A DNA stretch of 64,000 bases from Cyanobacteria bacterium J06626_4 (GCA_038523235.1 JBCBJQ010000008.1:32001-96000), one strand, 5' to 3'. Positions 1 to 9,517 are shown, numbered from the stretch's first letter. Program-made: numbers and translations. The notes: generated by a model not told the origin, from the letters alone.

Positions 1-370
1 CCGAAATCACGAGATTTGCCCCGTTTTGCACAGCGGTTTTGACCAGAAGCTCGTAACCATGAGCGGCGACCATTACGTTTACCCCAATAATGCCTTGGGG
101 GCTCAGCGCCCGAGCTTTTTGTAATTCATCAATCAAGGCGAGGCGATTGGCTTCCAGAAAGTTTTCATGGCGCTTTTTGGGGCTGGGTTCATGGGGGTCA
201 AAGTAAGCAGAGCGCATCCCCAAACCGATCGCGGAAATGATGCCAATGCCCCCTGCATTGGCAACCGCTGCCGCCAAACCGGCCCCCGAAATGCGAATTC
301 CCATGCCGCCTTGAATGATGGGGTACCGGGCTGTGTATTGACCAATGGTGAGGATGGGAAGGGATGTCAT
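1..370 (-). CDS. Nitronate monooxygenase / FabK-like FMN oxidoreductase (5' part; runs off window)
   Basis: Not in the ORF track. Manual translation from ATG at 370 gives MTSLPILTIGQYTARYPIIQGGMGIRISGAGLAAAVANAGGIGIIS..., with the PIIQGGMG motif of the family. Frame stays open to position 1. Confidence 0.85.
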   Translation of the reverse strand, partial: MTSLPILTIGQYTARYPIIQGGMGIRISGAGLAAAVANAGGIGIISAIGLGMRSAYFDPHEPSPKKRHENFLEANRLALIDELQKARALSPQGIIGVNVMVAAHGYELLVKTAVQNGANLVIS

Positions 371-484
371 AAGGTTAATTCAGAGTTGGGCAAGTTGATT
401 GATAGAGTGCTGGCCACTTTGCTGAGCACACCGAGGAGCGCTCTGAACCTGAGCGCATCAGCAAAGTGGCTCCACAGCCTGGTT

Positions 485-691
485 CTAAGCGGACTGGCAA
501 CAGCGATAAGACCACCACAATCCAGTCAGCGAAATCAGGGTTTTACCCCAAACAGGCGCTAGAAACAGACTCAGTAGCAGGGTAAAAAAGGCACACACCA
601 GATAGAACACAGACAAGATTTCGGGGCTGTGAAGACTGAGGTGAAACAGTGCTAATGTCAGCAGGGCAGCCGCAGAGAAAGATATGTTCAT
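485..691 (-). CDS. Small hydrophobic (membrane) hypothetical protein
   Basis: 68 aa with hydrophobic segments; co-oriented, 36 bp downstream of hemN. Confidence 0.5.
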   Translation of the reverse strand: MNISFSAAALLTLALFHLSLHSPEILSVFYLVCAFFTLLLSLFLAPVWGKTLISLTGLWWSYRCCQSA

Positions 692-727
692 GGACCTTGA
701 TCCACCAAGTTGCTCAGGAATCAGCCG

Positions 728-2125
728 CTAGACCGATTGAGAAAACTGGCGTTTTTGCGGCTGGCCCAGGTAGGTATCGAATACCGCCGCCACATTACGA
801 ATCAGTAAACGCCCGGCTGAGGTGACCGCAATATGGTTGGGGGTCAGACGCACCAGTCCATCGGCTTCCAGATTTTTCAAAGCCTGCCGTTCGGAGGCAA
901 AGTAGTCATCAAAATCCTGGTCAAAGCGGAGGTGATACTTGGTCTCAATCGCCGCTTTGGACAGTTCAAACTGACACATCAGCTCCATAATCACCGCTCG
1001 CCGCAGAATGTCGTCGCGGCTGAGGGTGACACCTCGTGCCACGGGCAGCTGATGGGTATCCATCACGCGGTAAAAGTCTCGTAACTGCTTGTGATTCTGG
1101 ACATAAACGTCGTGCAGCATGCTGATGGCCGTCATGCCAAAGGCCAGCAGATCAGACTCGGGTTGGGTGGTATAGCCCTGGAAGTTGCGATGGAGTTGGC
1201 CGGCCTGTTGCGCCAGGGTCAGCTCATCATCGGGTTTAGCAAAGTGATCCATGCCGATGAACTGGTAACCGTGGAAGGTGAGTTCATCCATGCTCAGGTG
1301 AAAAATGTTGAGTTTTTCGGCTGGGGTGGGGAGTTGAGTCGGGTCAATATGCTGCCGCTGGACGGGCTTGAGCCAGGGCACATAGGCAAAGTTAAACAGG
1401 GCGATGCGGTCTGGATCGAGCGCGATGGTTTTGCGAATGGTCTCTCGAAAAGTCGCTGCGGTTTGGTAAGGCAAACCGTAAATTAGATCCACATTGATGC
1501 TGTCAAAGTCTGCTTCTCGCATCCAGGCCATGCCCTGAAACAGCATCTCCTCGGGTTGAATGCGGTTAATCGCCGCCTGGACTTGGGGGTCAAAGTCTTG
1601 AATGCCAAAGCTAATGCGATTAAAGCCGAGCTGTTTTAACCCCAGCACATAGTCGCGACTGAGCTGGCGGGGGTTGACCTCGATGGAAATTTCGGCATCC
1701 TTGGCAAACTGGAAATGCTGAGCCAGCGCCGTCCAAAGGCGTTCCACCTGGTTTAGGGTCAGATAGTTGGGCGTGCCGCCACCCCAGTGCATCTGGTTGA
1801 CTACGCGCCCTTGGGTGTGGGTGGCGACCTGCTCAATATTCTGGATGAGATAGTCGAGGTAGGGCTCTGCGGCCTGCCGCTGCTGGGTAATGATGGTGTT
1901 GCAGCCGCAAAAGTAACAAGCGGTTTCACAAAAGGGAATGTGGCAATACAGGGAGAGCGGCGTCTGCTTGTAATTGCCGACGGCGATCGCCGTTTCAAAA
2001 TCCGCGATCTGAAACCCGTCCGCCAGTTCTGTGGCGGGGGGATAGCTCGTGTATCGCGGTAGCGGCTGATTGTATTTGTTGAGCAAGGCCGCATCAAATG
2101 TCGGTATTGAAGTCAGGGTTGTCAT
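728..2125 (-). CDS. hemN: Oxygen-independent coproporphyrinogen III oxidase (radical SAM)
   Basis: PRYTSYP, HIPFCETACYFCGC (CxxxCxxC), HWGGGTP, RNFQGY; 465 aa. Confidence 0.95.
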   Translation of the reverse strand: MTTLTSIPTFDAALLNKYNQPLPRYTSYPPATELADGFQIADFETAIAVGNYKQTPLSLYCHIPFCETACYFCGCNTIITQQRQAAEPYLDYLIQNIEQVATHTQGRVVNQMHWGGGTPNYLTLNQVERLWTALAQHFQFAKDAEISIEVNPRQLSRDYVLGLKQLGFNRISFGIQDFDPQVQAAINRIQPEEMLFQGMAWMREADFDSINVDLIYGLPYQTAATFRETIRKTIALDPDRIALFNFAYVPWLKPVQRQHIDPTQLPTPAEKLNIFHLSMDELTFHGYQFIGMDHFAKPDDELTLAQQAGQLHRNFQGYTTQPESDLLAFGMTAISMLHDVYVQNHKQLRDFYRVMDTHQLPVARGVTLSRDDILRRAVIMELMCQFELSKAAIETKYHLRFDQDFDDYFASERQALKNLEADGLVRLTPNHIAVTSAGRLLIRNVAAVFDTYLGQPQKRQFSQSV

Positions 2126-2150
2126 ACAGCATTCACTAAATGGAGATCTG

Positions 2151-2182
2151 AAAAAAGGGGACGATTGAGGGGTACCGTCCCC
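2151..2182 (-). terminator. Putative intrinsic terminator between ho2 and hemN
   Basis: Minus strand GGGGACG...CGTCCCC stem followed directly by TTTTTT. Confidence 0.5.
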
Positions 2183-2214
2183 ATCGTTCAGAGGAACCGA
2201 AAACCAATAACCTT

Positions 2215-2979
2215 CTACGAAGCGGCTGATTCCGCCGCCACCAGTTCTACAGAAATCTGACCCGGTGCCCGTGCCGTACTGCCGGGCTTGTCTTGCCGGG
2301 TAATCAAATCAAATACATGCTCGCCAATGGCCGCTCTGACATCCGACTCCAGCTCATGAAAGACATTGCGATTGAGGGCAAAAGCCCGATTCGCCTCCGC
2401 GACAATGGCTTGAATCTGCTCAGCGCCTACCGGCAGCGAGTTGAGGGCATCCCGATACCGTTGCTTACACTGGCGGCGGGCTTCCACGGTGGGCAGCTGA
2501 TCAAACTCATGGAGGCCGGTGCCTTGATCAGGCGGTAAATCGAGCGCCGAACGAACGATGTGGCGCAAGCTCTGGCCGCCGGAGAGATCGCCCATGTAGC
2601 GCACGTAGGCATGGGCAATCAGCAGCATCGGGTTGGTCTGAGAGATTTCCTGCAGACGAGCCACGTAGTTGTGTCCTTCCGGGGAGATGGCAATTTGCTG
2701 ACGCCAGTTTTCACCGTAGTAGAAGCGCAGATCTGCTTCTAACTTGTGAGTGCGCTCCAGCTCCGGGAAGAGCATGGGGCTAACCACGGGATGATGCCGA
2801 TGACGCGCCATCTCAACTTCTAATGTGCGGTAAACATAATAGAGATCGGCAATGAGCTTACGAAAGGGCTCTCTTTCCACAATGCCTTTGAGAAAGCATT
2901 TCATAAAAGCTGTGTTTTCAGCCAAGGTGTGAGATTGCTGGGTGCCTTCCCGCAGACACATCGCTAAAGCTTGAGTCAT
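2215..2979 (-). CDS. ho2: Heme oxygenase, cyanobacterial low-oxygen Ho2 type
   Basis: LREGTQQSHTLAENTAFMKCFLKG, HAYVRYMGDLSGGQ and the Ho2-type C-terminal AIGEHVFDLITRQDKPGST; adjacent to hemN. Confidence 0.9.
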   Translation of the reverse strand: MTQALAMCLREGTQQSHTLAENTAFMKCFLKGIVEREPFRKLIADLYYVYRTLEVEMARHRHHPVVSPMLFPELERTHKLEADLRFYYGENWRQQIAISPEGHNYVARLQEISQTNPMLLIAHAYVRYMGDLSGGQSLRHIVRSALDLPPDQGTGLHEFDQLPTVEARRQCKQRYRDALNSLPVGAEQIQAIVAEANRAFALNRNVFHELESDVRAAIGEHVFDLITRQDKPGSTARAPGQISVELVAAESAAS

Positions 2980-3154
2980 GGAAAATACCTCGAATATCGA
3001 TTAATAGCTGAGCAACGATGTTTTGAGAGAACAGGTTCAAAAGACCAGAACAGCGAACCGACACTCAAGACCCCTGGAAGTCTCAGGGGATACAGTGCCT
3101 GAGGTCGATCGCCTAACAGCTCTGAGTCCAGCGCTTCACAGCATCTCTCATCGC

Positions 3155-3190
3155 TCATTGATTACTATATAGCTATTTAATAATCAATGA
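3155..3190. promoter_or_regulatory. Palindromic operator upstream of ho2
   Basis: TCATTGATTA (3155-3164) and TAATCAATGA (3181-3190) are perfect inverted repeats; core ATTACTATATAGCTAT (3161-3176) resembles the sites at 6644 and 6752. Confidence 0.55.
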
Positions 3191-3282
3191 TAGGTGTTGT
3201 GAAAACTTTACTGTTGTCTGGCTATTCAGACTGATCGCTACATTGAGCCCTCTGAAACACCCAGACGATGTTGACGCATCCG

Positions 3283-3431
3283 GGCGTTGCTGATTTTAGG
3301 GATGAACGGGTCTTCCAGGACATAGGCTGTGTTGCCCCCTAAATCCCCCAATTCTGAGGGACTTCAAGCCTCTAGTCCCCCCCCCCGAATTGGGGCTAGG
3401 GGGGCGAATCATCCCATCATTAAGCAACGAC
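3283..3431. mobile_element. MITE-like element with internal GC-rich palindrome
   Basis: Imperfect terminal inverted repeats GGCGTTGCTGA..GGGATGA / TCATCCC..AAGCAACGAC; flanking direct repeat (GAC)GCATCCG; no coding capacity. Confidence 0.65.
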
Positions 3432-3446
3432 GCATCCGTTGCTCCA

Positions 3447-4196
3447 TCATCCCCTGGTCGGTAGGTCTGCTGTTTCGCAGTCTGGTTGCTGGGGATAGCT
3501 CTGGGGCATCACCGCATTTTTCAAGTTAGCTTGATCGAGCAAGGTGCCCGTCAGATCAGCGCCCAGCAAATTCGCGTCTTCCAGATTAGCCCTGGTCAGA
3601 TCGGCGTAACTGAGGTTAGCCCCTTGCAGATTCGCGCCACGCAGATCCGTCGGCACCGTCCCCGGACGATAGTCGAGCCCCAAGTTGGCTCGACAGAGAA
3701 TAGCCTGAGCTAAATTGGCTCCCCGTAGGTTGGCCCCACTCAAGCGCCCATAGCTTAAATCAACCTGTTGCAAGTTGGCCTGCGTCAGATTGGTTCGTGA
3801 GTCAGCCGTTGGGCGCAAGTCGGCCTCAAGCAGACAAGCCCCTGACAGATCAGCCCCTTGCAAGTTCGCGCCGCCTAGACTGGCTTTGAGCAGATTGGCC
3901 TCAACCAAGTGCGCGTGGCCCAGGTTAGCCCCACTCAGATCAACCTCGCGCAAACGGGCATGAGCCATCCTGGCCGCCCTCAAATCGCTGCCCCACAGAA
4001 TTGATTCGCTCAAATCGCTGTGCTCAAAATTAGCTTGGCGAAAATGAGTTCGACCTAAACGAGATTGCCGCAAATCTGAGCGGCTGAAATTAATGTTGTT
4101 GAGCCTGAGCTGCAGTAGATCACTCTCTAAAAGTCTCAACCCCGCAAAATCACGCTGGCCAGCGTTGTATCTTTCCTGAAGTTCTTTTCTATCCAT
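3447..4196 (-). CDS. Pentapeptide repeat protein
   Basis: Long A(D/N)LxxA(N/D)L runs after a typical ELQERYNAGQRDF N-terminus. Confidence 0.9.
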   Translation of the reverse strand: MDRKELQERYNAGQRDFAGLRLLESDLLQLRLNNINFSRSDLRQSRLGRTHFRQANFEHSDLSESILWGSDLRAARMAHARLREVDLSGANLGHAHLVEANLLKASLGGANLQGADLSGACLLEADLRPTADSRTNLTQANLQQVDLSYGRLSGANLRGANLAQAILCRANLGLDYRPGTVPTDLRGANLQGANLSYADLTRANLEDANLLGADLTGTLLDQANLKNAVMPQSYPQQPDCETADLPTRG

Positions 4197-4299
4197 GATG
4201 TTATTTATCCTTAAATTTGATGGGATGAGTGCTGACGATCTCGCCCACTCTGTAGCCTCGAAACGACCGCGACGGCCAACTGCGACACCTCCGGTGTGC

Positions 4300-4908
4300 C
4301 TAAGAGGCGGAGATCGCGGCCTCTAACGCTTGTTTGACCTCGGGAATAAAGACCGTGTACATGCCCCGCAAATCGCCCACGTTAAAGTCATAGGCGAGAT
4401 CTTGGGGGTAGTTGTCTTTCACAAATTGGGGGCGATCGCCTTTGCCCCCGTGGCAGGCCAGACAGCTGGCTTCCACATTAATCCGACGGTAGTAGCGGGT
4501 GCCGGGCTCGCCATTGAGCGTTGCTGAAGCCCAAAAGCCCTGCAGATCGGCATCTTGCTCAAACTTGGCCAGAGCCATTTGGGCTTGGGGGGTATCGGGT
4601 TCATGAGCCGGGTTGCGATACTTCTTGGCCAATTGTTTAACCTGCCAACCGTTGTCTTGGCTCAACTGCATCGCTTTCATCCCCACCGGTTTGCAGACCT
4701 GTCGCATGGTTTCAGCGGTCGGCGGTGCAGTGGCCTCTTCGAGATAGGCTGCCAGCCCACTGCGCAGGGCGTCTAAATTTTCAATTTCCTGGACCGCTTT
4801 AGCGAGTTCGGTCGGTTCCGGTTGGGCTAGCGCGATCTCGGGCAGTCCCATGAGGCAGAAAATCACGAGGGATACACCGAGAACTAATCGAGAGAACACT
4901 CTCATCAT
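4300..4908 (-). CDS. Tll0287-like (DUF3365) exported c-type heme protein
   Basis: Signal peptide, QVCKPVG, YRNP, CLACH heme motif, GDLRGMY; AGGAG RBS before ATG 4908; next to sqr. Confidence 0.85.
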   Translation of the reverse strand: MMRVFSRLVLGVSLVIFCLMGLPEIALAQPEPTELAKAVQEIENLDALRSGLAAYLEEATAPPTAETMRQVCKPVGMKAMQLSQDNGWQVKQLAKKYRNPAHEPDTPQAQMALAKFEQDADLQGFWASATLNGEPGTRYYRRINVEASCLACHGGKGDRPQFVKDNYPQDLAYDFNVGDLRGMYTVFIPEVKQALEAAISAS

Positions 4909-5146
4909 GCACAGTCTCCTGAATGAGTTTAAGAGCACGGTTTCATAGGTTTAATAGCCGTGAAAGATTGGGAACAGAGCACCCACAAATCGTGCAGTAA
5001 TGCCGACAAATACCAACCCGGTGACAGGCTCGCGGCACCGACTGCCTTGAGGGCCGTCAATGTCTTGAATGAATTGGCTTGCTCAGAAGGAAGCGACATT
5101 CCTGTGCAAACAGGGAACGGTCGCGATCGGCGATGGCAAGAGGTGC

Positions 5147-6466
5147 TTAACTCGCTAGGGATTCTGAGCCCGAGGCTGCCGTTTTAGCCAGCGCGGAAAC
5201 ATCCTTCAGCAGTTGCAGCCCAAACAGAGTCCGGAGTCCCAACCGCTCGTACCAGGGCATCCCGACGCCAAAGCGAATTTTCAGCATGAAATATTCTTCA
5301 AAAGCCGCTTTCACCCACACGACCCAGGGCCCCCGCACCGCGTAGGAGTGTTTCCGCTTCCCGGTTTTGGGGTCGGGCAGTACCGGAGCGGCAATGTAGG
5401 CAATGCCCGTATTGCCAAACTCAGCAAAACAGAGAGCCTCTAAAGTCGGCACTTGATGATGGGCTTTGATCGCTTTGAGGTCAACGGCAATATTGTGGGC
5501 CGCAGCGGTTGCCATGGCTTCGGCCATTTGCCCGCTTTTGGGGAGCCCAATCGGCACCGGAGTGACATCGGGCTGGGCCAATTTGACACTCACCCCGGCG
5601 GCGTAGATATTAGCAAAATGGGGATGGCGTTGGGTGGGCAAAATGGGAATAAACCCCCTGTCATCACCGAGCCCAGGGACCTCTCGGATAAACTGCGCCC
5701 CCTGAAAGGCGGGCAAAATCATGGCGTAATTAAAGGGCAACTGGCGGCCATCAGCCAGGGTCACGGCTTGGGACTGAATTGCGGTAATCGTGGCATTATC
5801 AATTACCTCAATCCTCCGTTCTTGCATGAGCTCGGCGGTCAGCTCTCGGGCTTGGCGTACCCCCGAGACGCCTAAATGTCCGGCGTAGGGTTCTGGGGTG
5901 ACGTAGGTGATCGGGACTTGATCTCGCAATCCTCGACGGCGCAGTTCCTGATCGGCAATTAGGGCAAACTCATAGGCAGGGCCAAAGCACCCAGCACCTG
6001 GCGCGGCCCCCACTACTATCGGCCCGGGATTTTCGAGAAACGCCAGCCAGGCTTGACGGGCTTCGAGAGCATGATCGGGGGTGCAGACAGAGTGGGTGTA
6101 GCCGCCGTGGGGACCAATGCCGGGTACCCAGTCCCAGGCCAGAGACGCGCCGGTCGCAATGAGCAAATAGTCATAGGAGATCGCCGCCTGCCCCTCAATT
6201 GTCAGGCGCTGCTGGGTGGGGTCGAGGGCCGTGACCTGACCTGATACCCAATTGAGATTGTGGCGCTGGGCGAGTCGAGCCAGGCCCAACTGCACATGCG
6301 CTAACGGCTTCAAATTGAAGGCAACCCGAATCAGCCCTGGAATAAAGGTGAATTCTGATTTCTCTGATATTAAGGTGACCGTATGCTCTGACGGCAGCAG
6401 ATGCCGGAGTTCATAGGCGGCGGGCAACCCCCCTAATCCGGCCCCAATGACAACAACATTAGCCAT
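5147..6466 (-). CDS. sqr: Sulfide:quinone oxidoreductase (type I-like)
   Basis: GAGLGG FAD motif; conserved cysteines in HSVCT, GAGCFGPAYE and ALCFAEFG; PKSG motif. Confidence 0.9.
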   Translation of the reverse strand: MANVVVIGAGLGGLPAAYELRHLLPSEHTVTLISEKSEFTFIPGLIRVAFNLKPLAHVQLGLARLAQRHNLNWVSGQVTALDPTQQRLTIEGQAAISYDYLLIATGASLAWDWVPGIGPHGGYTHSVCTPDHALEARQAWLAFLENPGPIVVGAAPGAGCFGPAYEFALIADQELRRRGLRDQVPITYVTPEPYAGHLGVSGVRQARELTAELMQERRIEVIDNATITAIQSQAVTLADGRQLPFNYAMILPAFQGAQFIREVPGLGDDRGFIPILPTQRHPHFANIYAAGVSVKLAQPDVTPVPIGLPKSGQMAEAMATAAAHNIAVDLKAIKAHHQVPTLEALCFAEFGNTGIAYIAAPVLPDPKTGKRKHSYAVRGPWVVWVKAAFEEYFMLKIRFGVGMPWYERLGLRTLFGLQLLKDVSALAKTAASGSESLAS

Positions 6467-6643
6467 AAAACGCTTTCATCCTCCATCTTTTTTATTCGGA
6501 TTTTTTATCAGGTGTTTGTTAATCCCTCGGGGCAGCACAGCTCTTTAAACGTCTGAGCCAACCAATCGGACAATACGTCAACAATTTGAGGAAGCTATGA
6601 AGCCCTTCCTTGTAGAACGACTAGGCAGCCTTTAAGTAACCAT

Positions 6644-6659
6644 ACTACTAAGTAGTTAT
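6644..6659. promoter_or_regulatory. Putative operator in the divergent sqr/DUF302 promoter
   Basis: ACTACTAAGTAGTTAT, 12/16 match to the palindrome ATTACTATATAGTAAT. Confidence 0.5.
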
Positions 6660-6751
6660 ATGGCGTTATAAATAGAGTAAAATCTATGCATTCACCCTGA
6701 AGATTGCTTTCTCGCCAGGCGGCTGAAAACAAGCGATCGCTGAAGTATCGT

Positions 6752-6767
6752 ATTACTATTTGGTCAT
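6752..6767. promoter_or_regulatory. Putative operator upstream of the DUF302 operon
   Basis: ATTACTATTTGGTCAT, 13/16 match to the same palindrome. Confidence 0.5.
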
Positions 6768-6883
6768 AAAATGAACAATGAATTGATTGGCCAGGAGCCT
6801 GTCTGTGTCTGACGGCGATCTTTATCGCCTGATTGGCAGGCAGTTTCCCTGTCTCAAAACTTATGAAACAAGCGGAGTCATGA

Positions 6884-7306
6884 TTGATGTATCACTTTAG
6901 TAAGGTTGTTAATGTCTCATTTGAAGAGGCCCTAGAGCAGGTGACGGCGTCGCTGCGAGCAGAGGGGCTGGGGGTGCTGACTGAAATTGATGTGCAAGCC
7001 GCCTTTCAGAAAAAGCTCGGCAAAGACTTTCGGAATTACAAAATTCTCGGGGCCTGCCATCCCGGCATCGCCTACGACATGATTCAAGCGGATGACAAAG
7101 CGGGGGCGCTTTACCCCTGCAATGTGGTGGTCCAAGAGCATGAAGATGGCCGCGTCGAGGTCTCGGCGGTTGATCCGCTGATGATGTTTTTGATGGTGCA
7201 TACCCCTGAGGCTAAGCAGATTGCGTTAGAAGCCAGCGAAAAGATGCAGGCCGTGATCGAACGTTTGCCCGCCGCCGTGATGCCTGAGCTGGCTGGCGTG
7301 GCCTAA
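6884..7306 (+). CDS. DUF302 domain protein
   Basis: GVLTEIDVQ..KKL, YKILGACHP, LYPCNVVV, VEVSAVDP. Confidence 0.85.
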   Translation: MMYHFSKVVNVSFEEALEQVTASLRAEGLGVLTEIDVQAAFQKKLGKDFRNYKILGACHPGIAYDMIQADDKAGALYPCNVVVQEHEDGRVEVSAVDPLMMFLMVHTPEAKQIALEASEKMQAVIERLPAAVMPELAGVA

Positions 7307-7429
7307 GCTTCGCCTCAGTCCTGGAATGCTGAGTTCCTGAACGGTTAGCCGTTGCTCGCAATATCCACACATTCACCTGATTCAATTTTGACGGATTCAA
7401 TTTTGATTGATTTTTTGGAGATAAATCTC

Positions 7430-7645
7430 ATGTTTAATAATGTTGGTACCACTGATCGCTTACTGCGCCTAATCGCAGCCGCTGTTCTGCTTTATCTGGG
7501 GCTGTTTACCTATGCGGGGTCAGCCCTCGGCATTGGGCTAGCTGTGGCTGGGGGCGTCGTCCTGCTCACGGGACTGATCAGTTCCTGTGCCCTGTATGGG
7601 TCGCTCGGCATCAATACTCGCAAGTCCAACCAATCCCTGTCATAA
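7430..7645 (+). CDS. DUF2892 (YgaP-like) small membrane protein
   Basis: MFNNVGTTDRLLR...CALYGSLGINT; GGAG RBS before ATG 7430. Confidence 0.85.
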   Translation: MFNNVGTTDRLLRLIAAAVLLYLGLFTYAGSALGIGLAVAGGVVLLTGLISSCALYGSLGINTRKSNQSLS

Positions 7646-7805
7646 AGTCCGACGATTTTATCCACGGGGGTAAATGCGCGATGGGGATCTTCAGGTCGGG
7701 TGAGCGATCGCTTCCTCTGACTCACGGCCTGGATTCCTAGCTGCTTTCCTCGGCAGTCGTTGCTCCCAGGATTAAGGGCGACGACCCTCCGGTAGCTTCC
7801 TAGTT

Positions 7806-7836
7806 GTAGACCCTGAAGAATTGATTCAGGGTCTAC
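7806..7836. terminator. Perfect 12-bp stem-loop in the DUF2892-petC intergenic region
   Basis: GTAGACCCTGAA / TTCAGGGTCTAC with a 7-nt loop; no clear U-tract, so function is uncertain. Confidence 0.35.
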
Positions 7837-7959
7837 CGGACCAACCCGCCGTTACGACCTGGGTGAGTCCTAAAAAACTGGTTTTTTGAGAGCACTACCG
7901 AATTAATAACCGAACAATTTTTTTTCTGCACTGTCATAAAAGAACTGGAGTGAGTTGGA

Positions 7960-8496
7960 ATGATGGAAAATGCCATTCCTTATGAAAATCCGTCGTTATC
8001 ACGACGGCAATTGCTTAACTTTCTGACCGGGGCAACGGTGGCAGCCACTGCTGGATCGGCGCTGTACCCCATGGCCCAATTTTTTGTGCTGCCTCGGGGG
8101 ATGACTGGAGGGGGCGAGATTCTCGCTAAAGACAAATTGGGTAATCCCATTCCGGCGAGTCAAATTCTGGCTGAGCCCATTGGCACTCGTGCCCTCATTG
8201 CGGGCTTAGCGAGTGAACCGACTTATCTGGCCATCCAGAGTGACGGTTCCTTATCGCCGATGGGAATTGTCGATAACTGCACTCATCTGGGCTGCACTTT
8301 TCCCTGGAACGCCAATGACCAGCAGTTTCAATGCCCCTGCCATGGATCGCTCTACGACCCCGATGGCAAGGTTGTCCGAGGGCCAGCTCCCCTGCCGCTC
8401 AAGATTGTGCATGTGGCGGTGAAAGATGACGCCATCTGGATTTATTCCTGGAATGAAACTGACCCGCGTACAGGTGAGCCACCCTGGTGGGTCTAG
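7960..8496 (+). CDS. petC: Cytochrome b6f Rieske iron-sulfur subunit (alternative copy)
   Basis: Tat motif SRRQLLNFL, CTHLGC and CPCHGS, GPAPLPL, C-terminal TDPRTGEPPWW. Confidence 0.92.
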   Translation: MMENAIPYENPSLSRRQLLNFLTGATVAATAGSALYPMAQFFVLPRGMTGGGEILAKDKLGNPIPASQILAEPIGTRALIAGLASEPTYLAIQSDGSLSPMGIVDNCTHLGCTFPWNANDQQFQCPCHGSLYDPDGKVVRGPAPLPLKIVHVAVKDDAIWIYSWNETDPRTGEPPWWV

Positions 8497-8543
8497 GGAC
8501 TTAACGGACACCTGATTTGGCCCAGAAAACAGGAAGAATCACC

Positions 8544-9032
8544 ATGTTTACCAAAATATTAGTCCCCCTAGATCGTTCTCAGCGGGCGGACGATGTTTTT
8601 GCCAAGGCGATCAAAACGGCCTTGGACAATGATAGCCAGCTGATGCTATTTACGGCCCTGGACTGGGACTTTCATCTGGGGCTCGGTGCCTTTGACGCGA
8701 TTGAAATGGAGACCGACCTGTCGGGGGCCTTTGCCAACTTTCAGCAAAGCCAGTTAGAGGAAAAGCTGAGCGAGACCCGCCACTGGTTAAAAAGTTATGT
8801 CGCTCAAGCAACTGAGCAACCTATCCCGGTTCAGTCTCGGTGTGCCGTGGGTCATCCGGGTCCCTTGATTCGCGACTTGGCCCAGGAATGGGAGGCCGAC
8901 TTGATTGTTTTAGGGCGTCGAGGCCTGGGAGGGATCTCCGAGATGCTCTTGGGCAGCGTGAGTAATTATGTCCTGCACCATGTCGCTTGCTCAGTCTTAG
9001 TGGTGCAAGGACAAGCAGAGATTCCAGACTGA
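8544..9032 (+). CDS. Universal stress protein (UspA family)
   Basis: MFTKILVPLD; ADLIVLGRRGLGG..LLGSVSNYVLHH..CSVLVV. Confidence 0.9.
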   Translation: MFTKILVPLDRSQRADDVFAKAIKTALDNDSQLMLFTALDWDFHLGLGAFDAIEMETDLSGAFANFQQSQLEEKLSETRHWLKSYVAQATEQPIPVQSRCAVGHPGPLIRDLAQEWEADLIVLGRRGLGGISEMLLGSVSNYVLHHVACSVLVVQGQAEIPD

Positions 9033-9075
9033 GCAGTGGACTAACCCGTTTCATCATTCACATTGGAGAACTGAT

Positions 9076-9471
9076 ATGGAGTCGATGTCATCTCGGTCAC
9101 ATCTCGTTGACCTATCTCCAGAAGAATTGGTTCAATCGATTCAACCGCTCTGTCTCATCGATGTCAGAAGTCGTTTTGAATACAACCGTTTCCACGCCCC
9201 TGACGCCATAAACCTCAGTCTGCCGCGTATTTTGATGGGTCGAATGCCCATCCTGCGCAACTCCTTGCCGCAATGGTTTCGACAACTCCCCGAAGAGACT
9301 ACCATCGCGGTGATTTGTCTGACGGCTCATCGGAGCCCGATCGCGGCCCAAGCCCTTCTTGAAATGGGCTTTAGCCAAGTATTCAACATTACGGGGGGCA
9401 TGATGGCCTGGCAAAAAGCCGGACTCCCTATCCAAAAGAGCACCGCGAAAGTGACTGATGTGCCCGATTAA
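9076..9471 (+). CDS. Rhodanese-like sulfurtransferase
   Basis: LIDVRS..EY..FH, active-site CLTAHRS, GGMMAW. Confidence 0.85.
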   Translation: MESMSSRSHLVDLSPEELVQSIQPLCLIDVRSRFEYNRFHAPDAINLSLPRILMGRMPILRNSLPQWFRQLPEETTIAVICLTAHRSPIAAQALLEMGFSQVFNITGGMMAWQKAGLPIQKSTAKVTDVPD

Positions 9472-9517
9472 GCAAACCATTCATTCACTATTACAACGAT
9501 TTAAGGAGAGTCGTCCT

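Noticed and set aside
133..562. Track ORFs 133-345 and 167-562
   Set aside because: Alternative-frame or antisense shadows of the nitronate monooxygenase-like gene.
3329..3529. 66-aa ORF
   Set aside because: Lies in the MITE and antisense to the pentapeptide gene.
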